Shown piece by piece: positions 1 to 9,234 of a DNA stretch of 64,000 nucleotides. Both the position numbers and the translations under genes were made by a program. This stretch comes from an uncultured Pseudomonadota bacterium. GTDB taxonomy: Bacteria > Pseudomonadota > Alphaproteobacteria > Rhizobiales > Xanthobacteraceae. The notes under the pieces are model-generated. The model did no database searches. It was not told where the DNA came from and worked only from the letters and a program-made list of their open reading frames with translations. The stretch covers positions 67,414 through 131,413 of the forward strand of contig CAWDUV010000005.1 of the NCBI GenBank assembly GCA_963805535.1, given 5' to 3'. How positions within the stretch are numbered: position 1 is the stretch's first letter; each line of letters opens with the position of its first letter.

Positions 1-83
1 CGACCGTTGCCGGCGACAAGATCGAGTGCGCGGTCGAAGGCGTCGGCACGTTGACGGTGACCATCGGGCCGGCGTTGAAGTAA
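1..83 (+). CDS. 3' end of a fumarylacetoacetate-hydrolase (FAH) family protein; the gene starts upstream of the window
   Basis: Frame 3 reads ...TVAGDKIECAVEGVGTLTVTIGPALK and ends at TAA 81-83. The GD-x-I-x(3)-EG[IV]G-x-L pattern is a typical FAH-family C-terminus. Confidence 0.4.
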   Translation, partial: TVAGDKIECAVEGVGTLTVTIGPALK

Positions 84-93
84 TTTTCTTCGC

Positions 94-130
94 CATTCCG
101 GAGTCCGGCCTTTGGCCGGCCCCCGGAATG
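94..130. terminator. REP-like hairpin between convergent genes; probable bidirectional terminator
   Basis: The outer stem is cattccgg (94-101) / ccggaatg (123-130), with an inner ccggcc-tttg-gccgg hairpin. It uses the same 'cattccgg...ccggaatg' arm as the larger REP family in this window. Confidence 0.45.
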
Positions 131-133
131 AGC

Positions 134-838
134 TCAGAGCCCTAAATACGCCTGCCGCACCCGGTCGTCGTCCAACAGCGCGGCGCCGGTGCCGGCGAGC
201 GTAACGCGGCCGTTCTCCAGCACATAGGCTTGGCTCGCCAGCCTGAGCGAGACCGCGACGTTCTGCTCGACCAGCACACAGGTGAGGCCGTCGCGGTTCA
301 AGTCGCGCACGGTCTTCAACACGCTCTGCACGATGGTGGGCGCAAGACCCAGCGAGGGCTCGTCGAACATGACGAGCTCGGGCGCGCCCATCAAGCAGCG
401 GCCAATGGCGAGCATCTGCTGCTCGCCGCCCGACAGCGTGCCGGCGGCTTGCGCGCGCCGCTCGGCCAGCACCGGAAACAGCGTATAGACCCACTCCAGA
501 TTGCGCGCGCGCTGGGCGCGGGCGCGCGCCAGCATGGCGCCCGTCTCCAGGTTCTCGGCGACCGAGAGCGAGGGGAAGACCTGGCGGCCTTCCGCCACCT
601 GGCCGAGGCCGAGCTCGCACACCTTGTGGCTCGGCCAGCCGGCGATGTCGGTGCCGCGATAGAGGATGCGGCCGCGCGCGGGCTTGAGCATGCCGGCGAT
701 GGCGCGGATGAGCGAGGTCTTGCCGGCGCCGTTGGCGCCGACGATGGCCGCGATGGCGCCCTGTTCGATGGTGAGCGAAACGCCGTCGAGCGCCTGGGCG
801 TCGCCGTGGAAGACGTCGAGGTTTTCGACGGTGAGCAT
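134..838 (-). CDS. livF: Branched-chain amino acid ABC transporter ATP-binding protein (LivF type)
   Basis: The internal ATG at 838 (MLTVENLDVFHGD...) shares one base with the livG stop (TGATG). Walker A GANGAGKT, signature LSGGEQQ and Walker B VMFDEPS are present. The longer 399-aa ORF prefix is Arg-rich junk. Confidence 0.85.
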   Translation of the reverse strand: MLTVENLDVFHGDAQALDGVSLTIEQGAIAAIVGANGAGKTSLIRAIAGMLKPARGRILYRGTDIAGWPSHKVCELGLGQVAEGRQVFPSLSVAENLETGAMLARARAQRARNLEWVYTLFPVLAERRAQAAGTLSGGEQQMLAIGRCLMGAPELVMFDEPSLGLAPTIVQSVLKTVRDLNRDGLTCVLVEQNVAVSLRLASQAYVLENGRVTLAGTGAALLDDDRVRQAYLGL

Positions 839-1566
839 CACTCGACCGCCTCCGCGCCGAGGTAGGAATCGATCACCGCCGGATCGCGCACCACTTCCGC
901 CGGCGCGCCGTCCGCGATCTTGGCGCCGTGGTGCAGCACCGTCACGCGTCCGGCGAGCGCCATGACCGCGCGCATGACGTGCTCGATCAACAAAATGGCG
1001 AGGCCGCGCTCGCGGTTGATCTCCCGCAGGATGGCGACGATGCGGTCGGTTTCGGTGGGGCGCAGGCCCGCCATCACCTCGTCGAGCAGAAGCAGCTTGG
1101 GGTCGGTGGCGAGCGCGCGCGCCATTTCCAGCCGCTTGCGGTCGGGCAGCGTAAGCGAGCCGGCCCGCTGCTCGCGCTTGTCGTAGAGATCGAGCTGGCG
1201 CAGCACGTCGTGGGCGTGGGCGCGCGCCAGGCTTACATCGCCGCGCCGCATGAGCGCGCCGACGATCACATTGTCCTCGACGCTGAGCGCCGGGAACGGC
1301 CGCACGATCTGGAAGGTGCGGCCGACGCCGCACCGGCAGATGCGGTCGGGCGCCAGCCCGTCGATGCGCGCGCCGGCGAAGACGACGCTGCCAGCGTCGG
1401 GCTTGAGCGCGCCGGCGATGACATTGAACAGCGTGGTCTTTCCGGCGCCGTTGGGGCCGATCACCGCGCAGATCGCGCCCTCCGGCACCTCCAAGCTGAC
1501 GCGATCGACCGCGACCAGACCGCGGAAGCGCTTGCTGACATTGTCGACGGTGAGCAGCGCGCTCAT
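838..1566 (-). CDS. livG: Branched-chain amino acid ABC transporter ATP-binding protein (LivG type)
   Basis: MSALLTVDNVSKRFRGLVAVDRVSLEV... with GPNGAGKTT and LLLDEVMAGL motifs. Its ATG at 1566 overlaps the livM stop (ATGA). Confidence 0.85.
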   Translation of the reverse strand: MSALLTVDNVSKRFRGLVAVDRVSLEVPEGAICAVIGPNGAGKTTLFNVIAGALKPDAGSVVFAGARIDGLAPDRICRCGVGRTFQIVRPFPALSVEDNVIVGALMRRGDVSLARAHAHDVLRQLDLYDKREQRAGSLTLPDRKRLEMARALATDPKLLLLDEVMAGLRPTETDRIVAILREINRERGLAILLIEHVMRAVMALAGRVTVLHHGAKIADGAPAEVVRDPAVIDSYLGAEAVE

Positions 1567-2567
1567 TTCGGTTTTCCCGTCAGCCGCAGCCGCCGCGACA
1601 ACCACGGCCAGACGCCGTCGGGCAGCGCCAGGATGACCAGCAACAGGCAGATGCCGTAGAACACCTGCTTGGCGCCGGGCAGATCGATGCCGGCGACGGC
1701 AAGCACCCCGGTGAGCGTCTCGGCAAGGCCGGTCAGCACGAAGGCGCCGAGGATCGGTCCGAACAGCGTGCCGACGCCGCCGACGATCGGCCCCAGGATG
1801 ATCTCGATCGATTGGGCGATATTGAACACCTGCTCGGGAAACAGGTTGTTGTAGTAGAAGGCGAAGATCACGCCGGCGAAGGCGGTCATGCCGGCGGAGA
1901 TCACCACCGCGATCATCTTGTAGCGGAAAGTGTCGATGCCGACCGAACGGGCGGCCTCCTCGTCCTCGCGGATCGCCAGCCAGAAATAGCCGACGCGGCT
2001 TTGCAGCAGCATGCGGCAACCGACGAAGGCCAGGACGGTGGCGGCGAGCAGCACGTAATAAAACATCACCGGTAGGCCGCGCAGGCGCCAGAGGTCGTTG
2101 TGGGCGTATTGCTTGACCGGCAGGAACAGGCCGGCCGAAGCGCCGGTCCAGCCGAGATGGTCGAAGCCGACGCGGGCGAATTCGGCAAAGGCAATGGTCA
2201 GGATGGCGAAATAGACGCCGCCGACCCGGAAACGAAAAGCGAGAAAGCCGATGCAGGCACCGGTCAGGCCGGCGATCGGCACCGCCAGGATGAGGCCGAG
2301 CCAGGGCCCGACGCCGAAATGCACGTAGAGCGCGGCGGCGGTATAGGCGCCGAGGCCAACATAGAGCGCGTGGCCGAGCGAGAGCTGGCCGGCAAAGCCC
2401 ATCATGATGTTCCAGGCCTGGCCGACATAGGCGAAATAGAAGATCACAATCAGAACGGTCAGCAGATAGTCGCCGGCAAACAGCGGGGCGACGAGGGCGA
2501 GCGCCAGCAAGAGGGCCATCAGCGCCAGCGTGCGGCGCGGCACGCCCTCGATCAGGCGGGCGATCAT
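1563..2567 (-). CDS. livM: Branched-chain amino acid ABC transporter permease (LivM type)
   Basis: 334-aa polytopic membrane protein with 4-nt overlaps to both neighbouring genes. The sequence is typical of LivM. Confidence 0.8.
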   Translation of the reverse strand: MIARLIEGVPRRTLALMALLLALALVAPLFAGDYLLTVLIVIFYFAYVGQAWNIMMGFAGQLSLGHALYVGLGAYTAAALYVHFGVGPWLGLILAVPIAGLTGACIGFLAFRFRVGGVYFAILTIAFAEFARVGFDHLGWTGASAGLFLPVKQYAHNDLWRLRGLPVMFYYVLLAATVLAFVGCRMLLQSRVGYFWLAIREDEEAARSVGIDTFRYKMIAVVISAGMTAFAGVIFAFYYNNLFPEQVFNIAQSIEIILGPIVGGVGTLFGPILGAFVLTGLAETLTGVLAVAGIDLPGAKQVFYGICLLLVILALPDGVWPWLSRRLRLTGKPK

Positions 2568-3436
2568 GCCGCCCTCTTGCCCATGATGCCCTGCGGGCGG
2601 AACAGCAGCACCAAGACGAGAAGGGCGAAGGAGAACATGCTCTTGGCCGAGGGGCTGAACATGAGGCCGGCCATCGCCTCGGTCAGCCCGATCAGCACGC
2701 CGCCGATCAGCGCGCCGGGCATGGAGCCCAAGCCGCCGGTGATGACGATGACGAAGGCGAGCAGCGTGTAGGACGGGCCGGCGCCCGGCGTGACGTCGAA
2801 CAGCAGCAGCAGGATGGTGCCGGCGGCGCCGACGCAGGCCGCGCCCAGGCCGAAGGTCAGCGCGTAGAGGCGGTTCACGTCGAGCCCGACCACCAGCGCG
2901 CCGGTATGGTTATCGGCGCAGGCGCGGATGGCGGTGCCGACCGCGGTATAGCGGAAGAAGGCAAACAGCGCCGCCGCCACCACGACGGCGCCGACGGCGG
3001 CGTAGAGCTTGGTGGCGTCGACGATCAGCGGGCCGATCGCGTAGCTATCGTAGGCGTAGGAAACCTGCACGTTCTGGGCGTCCGGCCCGAACAGGATGAG
3101 CAGGACATTGGCGATGATCAGCCCGATGCCGACCAGCAGCAGGAACTGGCTGTGCTCGGGCCGCGTGATGAAGCGGTTGATCAGGCCAGCCTGCACTGTA
3201 TAGCCGAAGGCGAACATGACCGCGGCGATCGGCACCAGCATGACCAGCGGGTCGAGATGGAAGGCGGCGAACAGCGCCACCGCGATATACATGGCGACGG
3301 TCATCATCTCGCCGTGGGCGAAATTGACCACGCGCACCACGCCGAAGATGACCGACAGGCCGAGCGCCATCAGCCCGTAGACCAGGCCGGTGAGAATCCC
3401 GCCGACGGCGACGTTGAGATAGAGCGAGAGGGGCAC
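2564..3436 (-). CDS. livH: Branched-chain amino acid ABC transporter permease (LivH type)
   Basis: 290-aa polytopic membrane protein (MPLSLYLNVAVGGILTGLVYGLMALGLSVIFGV...), a typical LivH N-terminus. Confidence 0.8.
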   Translation of the reverse strand: MPLSLYLNVAVGGILTGLVYGLMALGLSVIFGVVRVVNFAHGEMMTVAMYIAVALFAAFHLDPLVMLVPIAAVMFAFGYTVQAGLINRFITRPEHSQFLLLVGIGLIIANVLLILFGPDAQNVQVSYAYDSYAIGPLIVDATKLYAAVGAVVVAAALFAFFRYTAVGTAIRACADNHTGALVVGLDVNRLYALTFGLGAACVGAAGTILLLLFDVTPGAGPSYTLLAFVIVITGGLGSMPGALIGGVLIGLTEAMAGLMFSPSAKSMFSFALLVLVLLFRPQGIMGKRAA

Positions 3437-3467
3437 GAAACGGTCCTTGGCGTCGGCTACTTACTCG

Positions 3468-3555
3468 GTCATGCGCGGGCTTGACCCGCGCATCCATCTT
3501 TTAGCGAAAGATGGATTGCCGGGTCACGCCGCTCGCGCGGCGGCCCGGCAATGAC
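3468..3555. repeat. REP/MITE-like palindromic element, 'gtcatg/tgccggg...cccggcaatgac' family
   Basis: Two hairpin modules: gtcatgcgcgggcttgacccgcgcatcc and gattgccgggtcacgcc...ggcccggcaatgac. Related copies lie at 40035, 41046 and 53227. Confidence 0.7.
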
Positions 3556-3569
3556 GGAGAAAAAGTGCC

Positions 3570-4814
3570 TTAGCCGCGCTTGTCGAAGGGCGGATAGGGC
3601 CACACCACCTTGCCGTTGGCGGCGGCCTTGGGCGCCACCGTCACCGTCTTGCCCCCTTGGTTCTGGATCGCCGAGTCCTGCAGCTTGTCGTTCTGGCCCT
3701 TGGCATTGAACATGATGCCGGGACCGGGGCTGACATTGTCGGTGATGTGGGTCTTGCGGATGGCGTCCGCGAGCGCCTTCGGGTCGGCGCTGCCGGCGCG
3801 CTTATAGGCGTCGGCGGCCACCAGCAGCGCCTCGAAGGTGTAGACCTGATTGGTATCGAGGTTGGAGCCGGGATATTTCTTCGCCATCGCCGCTTCCAGC
3901 TTCTTCGACAGCGGCTTGTTGGGATCGTACCAGGGCACGAAGCTCAGCGGCCCGTCGGAAAGCTTGCCGAGCGTCTTGAGATACTGGTCCTCGTACCAGC
4001 CCGGGCCCATGCTCATGATCGCCATCGGGGACCAGCGCTGTTTGACCAGTTCACGCGTGATCAGGATGGCGTCGTTGAGGCGCGACACCATCAACAGCGC
4101 GTCGGCGCCGGTCGCTTTTGCCTTCGCCACTTCGACCGAGAGGTCGCGCGCGGCCGGATCGTAAGATATCTCCTGCACGATCTTATAGGGCATCTTGAAG
4201 TGCGGCATGACGTGCTTGATGCCGCCGGACATCGCCGTGCCGAAAGTGTCGTTGACATGCATGAACACGACCGTCTTAGGCGCCGCGCCGACCTGCTTGA
4301 ACACTTCGAGCTGGTTCTTGAAGGCGTCGATGAGGATCATGGGCGCGGTCGGGAAGTTGCGGAACACGAACTTGTAGCCCTGCTCGGTGATCGGCGGGGC
4401 GGCGGCGATATTGATGACGAGCGGTACGCCCTTCTGCTCGGCAACCTGCGCGATCGCGGTGGTCTGGCCGGAATCGAAGGCACCGACCAGGAGCTGGGCG
4501 CCCTCGCCGATCAACTTCTCGGCCTGGGAGCGCGCGACGTCCACTTTGGTCTCGGTGTCGCCGCTCATGACATGCAGTTCCGGCAGGCCGAGGCTCTTCA
4601 AGATCGGCCCCGCAAGCTCCACGCCACGCCAGCAGTCCTGGCCGATGCCTGCCTGCACACCCGAGCGCGGCAGCAGCACGCCCACTTTCAGCGGCGCGTT
4701 GGCGGCACGGCCGATGCTGAAGGGCGCGGTGCCGGCGACAATGGCCGCGCCGGCGCCGATATTGAAGCCGCGGCGGGTGACGCGCGCTGCCTTGGACGAC
4801 GAATTATATTTCAT
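3570..4814 (-). CDS. Periplasmic amino-acid (Leu/Ile/Val-type) ABC substrate-binding protein
   Basis: 414 aa with an N-terminal twin-Arg-like signal (VTRRGFNIGAGAAIVAGTAPFSIGRAANA) and a type-I PBP-like sequence. It is the first gene of the liv operon. Confidence 0.8.
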   Translation of the reverse strand: MKYNSSSKAARVTRRGFNIGAGAAIVAGTAPFSIGRAANAPLKVGVLLPRSGVQAGIGQDCWRGVELAGPILKSLGLPELHVMSGDTETKVDVARSQAEKLIGEGAQLLVGAFDSGQTTAIAQVAEQKGVPLVINIAAAPPITEQGYKFVFRNFPTAPMILIDAFKNQLEVFKQVGAAPKTVVFMHVNDTFGTAMSGGIKHVMPHFKMPYKIVQEISYDPAARDLSVEVAKAKATGADALLMVSRLNDAILITRELVKQRWSPMAIMSMGPGWYEDQYLKTLGKLSDGPLSFVPWYDPNKPLSKKLEAAMAKKYPGSNLDTNQVYTFEALLVAADAYKRAGSADPKALADAIRKTHITDNVSPGPGIMFNAKGQNDKLQDSAIQNQGGKTVTVAPKAAANGKVVWPYPPFDKRG

Positions 4815-4979
4815 GTTTCCCTCCCTGGCCGCGAGGCGGCCGTTTCCCGGATGATGCCGGATTTTTTCCGATCCTTACAAGCGTGCCGAACCCCCGCCGG
4901 ACGGCAGCGGAACTTGCGCGGCTGCGGCAGGTCCGACCAAGCCGTCGCCGGCGCTATCGCCCCCTCGTCTCCGGCGATA

Positions 4980-5010
4980 TTGTTGACGTGGACAACAAAT
5001 TTCGTCAACA
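4980..5010. promoter_or_regulatory. Putative MarR operator in the divergent liv/marR intergenic region
   Basis: TGTTGACG (4981-4988) and CGTCAACA (5003-5010) form an inverted repeat. A third half-site GACAACAA (4991-4998) lies between them, about 30 bp upstream of the MarR ATG. Confidence 0.4.
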
Positions 5011-5038
5011 CCGACCTTGGGGGGTACGGGGGACGCCG

Positions 5039-5539
5039 ATGTCGCCGGCAAAGCAGCGGAAGGCAGGCGGCGGACGTGCGCTGTTGCACAAGACGCCGGC
5101 ACTCAGCCTGCGCAGCAAGCCGGCGATCGATCTCGACGTGCTCAACGAGCGGCTCGGCTATTTCGTGCGCCGCTTGCAGGTCTGGGTGTTCCAGGATTTC
5201 AACCGGCATCTCGCCGCGATCGACGTCAGCCCGGCGCAGTTCTCGGTGCTGGTGGTGATCAGCGCCAATCCGGGCCTTTCGCAATCGGAACTCGCCGCCA
5301 CGCTCGGCATCGAACGCGCGCGGCTGGTGCGCCTGCTGCACCGGCTGGAAGCCCGCGGGCTCACGCAGCGCCTGCCCTCCTCGGCCGATGCCCGCCGGCA
5401 CGCTTTGCGGCTGACGCGCCAGGGCGACAAGGTGCTGGCTCAAGCGAAACGGCTGGCGGCCGAGCACGAGGCGGCGCTGCAGGAAAAGCTTGGGGCGGAG
5501 AACTACCGGCGGCTGCTGGAGATGCTAAGGGAGTTTTAG
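5039..5539 (+). CDS. MarR-family transcriptional regulator
   Basis: MSPAKQ... start at ATG 5039. A winged-HTH region reads ISANPGLSQSELAATLGIERARLVRLLHRLEARGLTQR...DARRHALRLTRQG. It is divergent from the liv operon. Confidence 0.8.
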   Translation: MSPAKQRKAGGGRALLHKTPALSLRSKPAIDLDVLNERLGYFVRRLQVWVFQDFNRHLAAIDVSPAQFSVLVVISANPGLSQSELAATLGIERARLVRLLHRLEARGLTQRLPSSADARRHALRLTRQGDKVLAQAKRLAAEHEAALQEKLGAENYRRLLEMLREF

Positions 5540-5798
5540 CCAGGACGTGCACTCATAAATCCGCCCATTTCCGCATTACCCCCGGAGGCGGACATTTGCA
5601 GTGCACTCTCCTGTGTCTGCATTGTGTTGGCGATCAGTTGAACCCGCCGCCACCTTCGGACTTAGGCACTGCAGCAACCGGCTTTAACTCTTGCGCCGTA
5701 AGAGAGCAGTCCCCAGCATCAGGGCTGAAGTTCGGCGACCTATTGCGAAGCCGGACCGCGCTGACTATGCTCGTAAATTGAAAGCTGGGGGCACGGTC

Positions 5799-6584
5799 AT
5801 GACTAGCACGACAATGCGGCGAGCTGCGCTCTACGGAGTTGCGGCCTTTTTGTCGCTATCACTTTTGGTTGGCGGCGGACTTGCTCGAGCCGACGAAATC
5901 AAAGTGATGGCGTCGGTCGCCCTGAAATCGACATTGGACGACCTTGCGGCAAAATTCGAAAGCACCGGCGGCGGCAAGGTGACGATGGTTTATGGCCTTG
6001 CGGCGCAGTTGAAACAGCGGGTCGCCAACGGCGAAGCGGACGACGTCGCCATCCTGATCCGTCCGATGATGGAAGATCTTCTCAAACAGGGGAAATTGAC
6101 GGCCGGCAGCCTCGCCAATGTCGGCGGCACACCGGTTGCGATCGCCATTCGCAAAGGCGCCGCCAAGCCGGATATCGGCACTGTCGACGCCCTGAAACAT
6201 ACGCTGATCGCGGCCAAATCGATTTCATACGCCGACCCGGCGAAAGGCGGCGCCAGCGGCGTGTACTTCGCCAAGGTTGTCGGGCAGCTCGGCCTGACCG
6301 ATGAACTCAAGGCGAAGACAATTCTCGTGCCCGGCGCCCAGGCGCCCGAGCTTGTCGCCAAGGGCGAAGCCGAATTGGGCGTGGCGCAAGGCTCGGAAAT
6401 CATTCCGGTCGCGGGCGCGGAAATCCTCGGACCGTTGCCGGGCAAATTCGGCAGCGTGACCCTGTTTACCGCGGGCATCGCCACGGCGAGCAAAGCACCC
6501 GATAGCGCCAAAGCATTCATCAAGTTCATCACCGGGCCGGATGGAGCGCGCGTCCTGAAGGCCAAGGGTTTCGACCCGGGCTGA
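5799..6584 (+). CDS. Orphan periplasmic substrate-binding protein, ModA-like (molybdate/tungstate PBP2 family)
   Basis: ATG 5799 is preceded by gctggggg. The signal peptide is MTSTTMRRAALYGVAAFLSLSLLVGGGLARA. The ...ISYADPAKGGASGVYF... region is like ModA-type binders. No permease or ATPase gene is adjacent. Confidence 0.6.
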   Translation: MTSTTMRRAALYGVAAFLSLSLLVGGGLARADEIKVMASVALKSTLDDLAAKFESTGGGKVTMVYGLAAQLKQRVANGEADDVAILIRPMMEDLLKQGKLTAGSLANVGGTPVAIAIRKGAAKPDIGTVDALKHTLIAAKSISYADPAKGGASGVYFAKVVGQLGLTDELKAKTILVPGAQAPELVAKGEAELGVAQGSEIIPVAGAEILGPLPGKFGSVTLFTAGIATASKAPDSAKAFIKFITGPDGARVLKAKGFDPG

Positions 6585-6707
6585 TTGCCAGAAACACTTG
6601 TCGATAACGGTACGTCGCCGCCAGCATGACGAGGCCGACGACCGACGCAATCCACCTAATTACTTCAGCTCATGCCAATTCAGCGCGGCGGACATGCCAT
6701 CTGCATT

Positions 6708-8009
6708 TCACGCCGCCAACAAGCGCTCCACCGCGGCGGCGATGCGGAAAAGACGGCGGTCGCAGCCGTTGCGGGCGGCCAGCATCAGGCCGGTGGCAAG
6801 GCCGCCGTGGCGCGGCAGCGGCAGCGAGATGGCGCAGCAGTCGAAGAAATTCCAGACCGTGGTGTTGCGCAGCAAAAGCGCGTTGCGGCGGGAGAAGTCG
6901 TCCGGGGCGGCGACCTCCGCCATGAGCGGCGCCACGATCGGCGTGGTCGGCATGACGACCGCGTCGAGATCGGCCAGGCGGGCATCCATGGCGCCGATGA
7001 GTTCGGTGCGCGCGCGGGCCATGTCGATATAGTCGGCGGCCGCGATCTGGCTCGCGCGCTCGAGCCGGGCGCGGATATTCGGATCGATGTCGCCGGCGCG
7101 ACGGCCGAGCCGGTCGCGATGCACGGCATAGGCTTCCGGCAGCAGCACGCCGCCCTTGCCGAGCAGCTCGGTCATCCGCTCGATGAGCGGCAGCTTCTCG
7201 GCCGACACGCGGACGCCGGATTTCTCCAGGCGGTCGAGCGCCGAGGGAAAGCTCTTGCCCACCGTGTCGTCGAGCCGGTCGAGCGCGAAGCCTTGCACGA
7301 CGCCGATGCGCAAATTGGCCAGCGGCGCGGGATCGAGCGCAAGCGGCGCTTCACCCGCCATGACGGCGTCGGCATCGGCGCAATCTTGCACGCTGCGCGC
7401 CATCGGCCCGACCGAATCGAGCGCCCAGGACAAAGGAAAGGCGCCGTCGGTCGGCACGCGCTGGCGGCTCGGCTTGAAGCCGACGATGCCGCAGAGCGCG
7501 GCCGGCACGCGGGTGGAGCCGCCGGTGTCGGAGCCGATCGAAATCTCGCACATGCCGTCGGCGCAGGCGACCGCGCCGCCGGAGGTGGAGCCGCCGGGAA
7601 TGCGCGCGCGGTCGAACGGGTTGCCCGGCGTGCCGAAATGCGGATTGGCGCCGACGCCGGAAAAGGCGAATTCGGTCATGTTGGTCTTGGCGACGATGAC
7701 ACAGCCTGCGCGGCGCAGGCGGCGCACGATGGTTGCGTCCCGAACGGCCGGTCTGCCTTCCTCGGCGATCACTTTCGAGCCTGCGCGCGTGACTTCGCCG
7801 GCAACGTCGAACAGGTCTTTGATGGAAACGATGGCGCCGTCGAGGGCGCCTAGCGAGATGCCGGCCTTGGCGCGGGCGTCGGATGCCTCGGCCGCCGCTT
7901 TGGCCGCTTCGCGGTAGACGTTGAGGCAGGCGCGTGCGCCCTCGCCTTTCGAATCGTCGATGCGGGCGAGCGCGGCGTCGAGACGTTCGCGGACGGATGC
8001 ACGGCTCAT
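6708..8009 (-). CDS. Amidase-signature (AS) family amidase
   Basis: 433 aa with SIKDL (catalytic Lys), GGSTSGG and [12 protein letters not shown] (Ser-cisSer) motifs. Its ATG overlaps the ureG stop (ATGA). Confidence 0.8.
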   Translation of the reverse strand: MSRASVRERLDAALARIDDSKGEGARACLNVYREAAKAAAEASDARAKAGISLGALDGAIVSIKDLFDVAGEVTRAGSKVIAEEGRPAVRDATIVRRLRRAGCVIVAKTNMTEFAFSGVGANPHFGTPGNPFDRARIPGGSTSGGAVACADGMCEISIGSDTGGSTRVPAALCGIVGFKPSRQRVPTDGAFPLSWALDSVGPMARSVQDCADADAVMAGEAPLALDPAPLANLRIGVVQGFALDRLDDTVGKSFPSALDRLEKSGVRVSAEKLPLIERMTELLGKGGVLLPEAYAVHRDRLGRRAGDIDPNIRARLERASQIAAADYIDMARARTELIGAMDARLADLDAVVMPTTPIVAPLMAEVAAPDDFSRRNALLLRNTTVWNFFDCCAISLPLPRHGGLATGLMLAARNGCDRRLFRIAAAVERLLAA

Positions 8010-8644
8010 TTGCCCAACCCACCTTTGTCTTCAATAAATTTGGCGATTGCCTCGACGCCCTGCCCCTGGCGCAGATTGGTCATGACGAAAGGCCGTGCCC
8101 CCCGCATTTTCTTGGCGTCGCGCTCCATCACTTCGAGCGAGGCGCCGACGTAAGGCGCGAGATCGATCTTGTTGATCACCAAGAGATCGGAGCGCGTGAT
8201 GCCGGGCCCGCCCTTGGACGGGATCTTGTCGCCGGCGGCCACGTCGATGACATAGAGGGTGAGATCGGCAAGCTCCGGCGAAAAGGTAGCGGCGAGGTTA
8301 TCGCCGCCCGATTCGATCAGCACCAGGTCGAGCGCGGGAAACTTGGCGCGCATCTCGGCGATCGCCGCGAGATTGATCGAGGCGTCCTCGCGGATGGCGG
8401 TGTGCGGGCAGCCGCCGGTTTCGACGCCGGCGATGCGCTCGGCGGCCAGCGCGCCCGAGCGCACGAGATAGTCGGCGTCCCATTTGGTGTAGATGTCGTT
8501 GGTGATGGCGGCGATCTCGTAACGGTCGCGCAGCGTCTTGCAGAGCGCGTCCATCAGCGCGGTCTTGCCGGAGCCGACCGGGCCGCCGACACCGACGCGC
8601 AAGGGGCCGTGCGGATTGGGGCCGTGGGGATTCTCAATCGTCAT
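8006..8644 (-). CDS. ureG: Urease accessory GTPase UreG
   Basis: 212 aa: [16 protein letters not shown]...ITNDIYT...[13 protein letters not shown]...ESGGDNL...NKIDLAP, the canonical UreG motifs. Confidence 0.95.
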   Translation of the reverse strand: MTIENPHGPNPHGPLRVGVGGPVGSGKTALMDALCKTLRDRYEIAAITNDIYTKWDADYLVRSGALAAERIAGVETGGCPHTAIREDASINLAAIAEMRAKFPALDLVLIESGGDNLAATFSPELADLTLYVIDVAAGDKIPSKGGPGITRSDLLVINKIDLAPYVGASLEVMERDAKKMRGARPFVMTNLRQGQGVEAIAKFIEDKGGLGK

Positions 8645-8793
8645 ATTCGGTCATGGCCGGGCTTGTCCCGGCCAGCTCGCTAAGAAAGGCACTGTTACAC
8701 GTCCCTCATCGGGGTCGCGCCGAAAGTCGGGTATATCCGACTTCCGCATTCAAGCAACCGCAAGCCCGCCGGCGAGCATCCATTCAGGCGGCG

Positions 8794-9234
8794 TCAAAAT
8801 GACAACCGCCCGAGGGTAAGCACGGCAAAGGCCACTGCCAACAAAAGGCACAGCGGCCCGTAAAAGCCGGTATCGAGGCTGGCGAATGGTTGCTGGGCGA
8901 AGCGTCGCCGCCAGGCCGGTACATAGGCGGCAATCCCGCGGACGGCGAAGACCAAAGCGACCGCGGCACCGGCCGTCGTCACCAGCATTGCCGGCACAGG
9001 CTGTGCGATCACATCGGCGAGCGCCAACGCCACCAGACCGGCGACCAAAATCGCGCCTGCGGCCGCCAGACATTGCAGCAGCGGCGGCATGCGCGAGCGC
9101 CCGGTCGCGCCGACGACGAGTGCGACCAAGCCTGCCTCGTCGCGTGCCGGAAAGCGCAGACCGAAGCCCCACAAGACATGCAGCGCGGCAACCGCCGCCA
9201 GGAATCCGAAGATCAAAACGGCCAACAGGCTCAT
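8794..9234 (-). CDS. Small 4-TM membrane protein (DUF3995-like) nested in the ure accessory operon
   Basis: [25 protein letters not shown]... 146 aa. ATG 9234 overlaps the ureF stop 9231-9233 (ATGA). It appears fused to ureF in the 437-aa ORF only because of the ureF frameshift. Confidence 0.6.
   Translation of the reverse strand: MSLLAVLIFGFLAAVAALHVLWGFGLRFPARDEAGLVALVVGATGRSRMPPLLQCLAAAGAILVAGLVALALADVIAQPVPAMLVTTAGAAVALVFAVRGIAAYVPAWRRRFAQQPFASLDTGFYGPLCLLLAVAFAVLTLGRLSF

Noticed and set aside
5560-6590. The ModA-like binding protein region as a molybdate transport locus.
   Set aside because: No modB or modC genes are adjacent, so only an orphan binding protein can be supported. The substrate cannot be inferred from sequence by eye.
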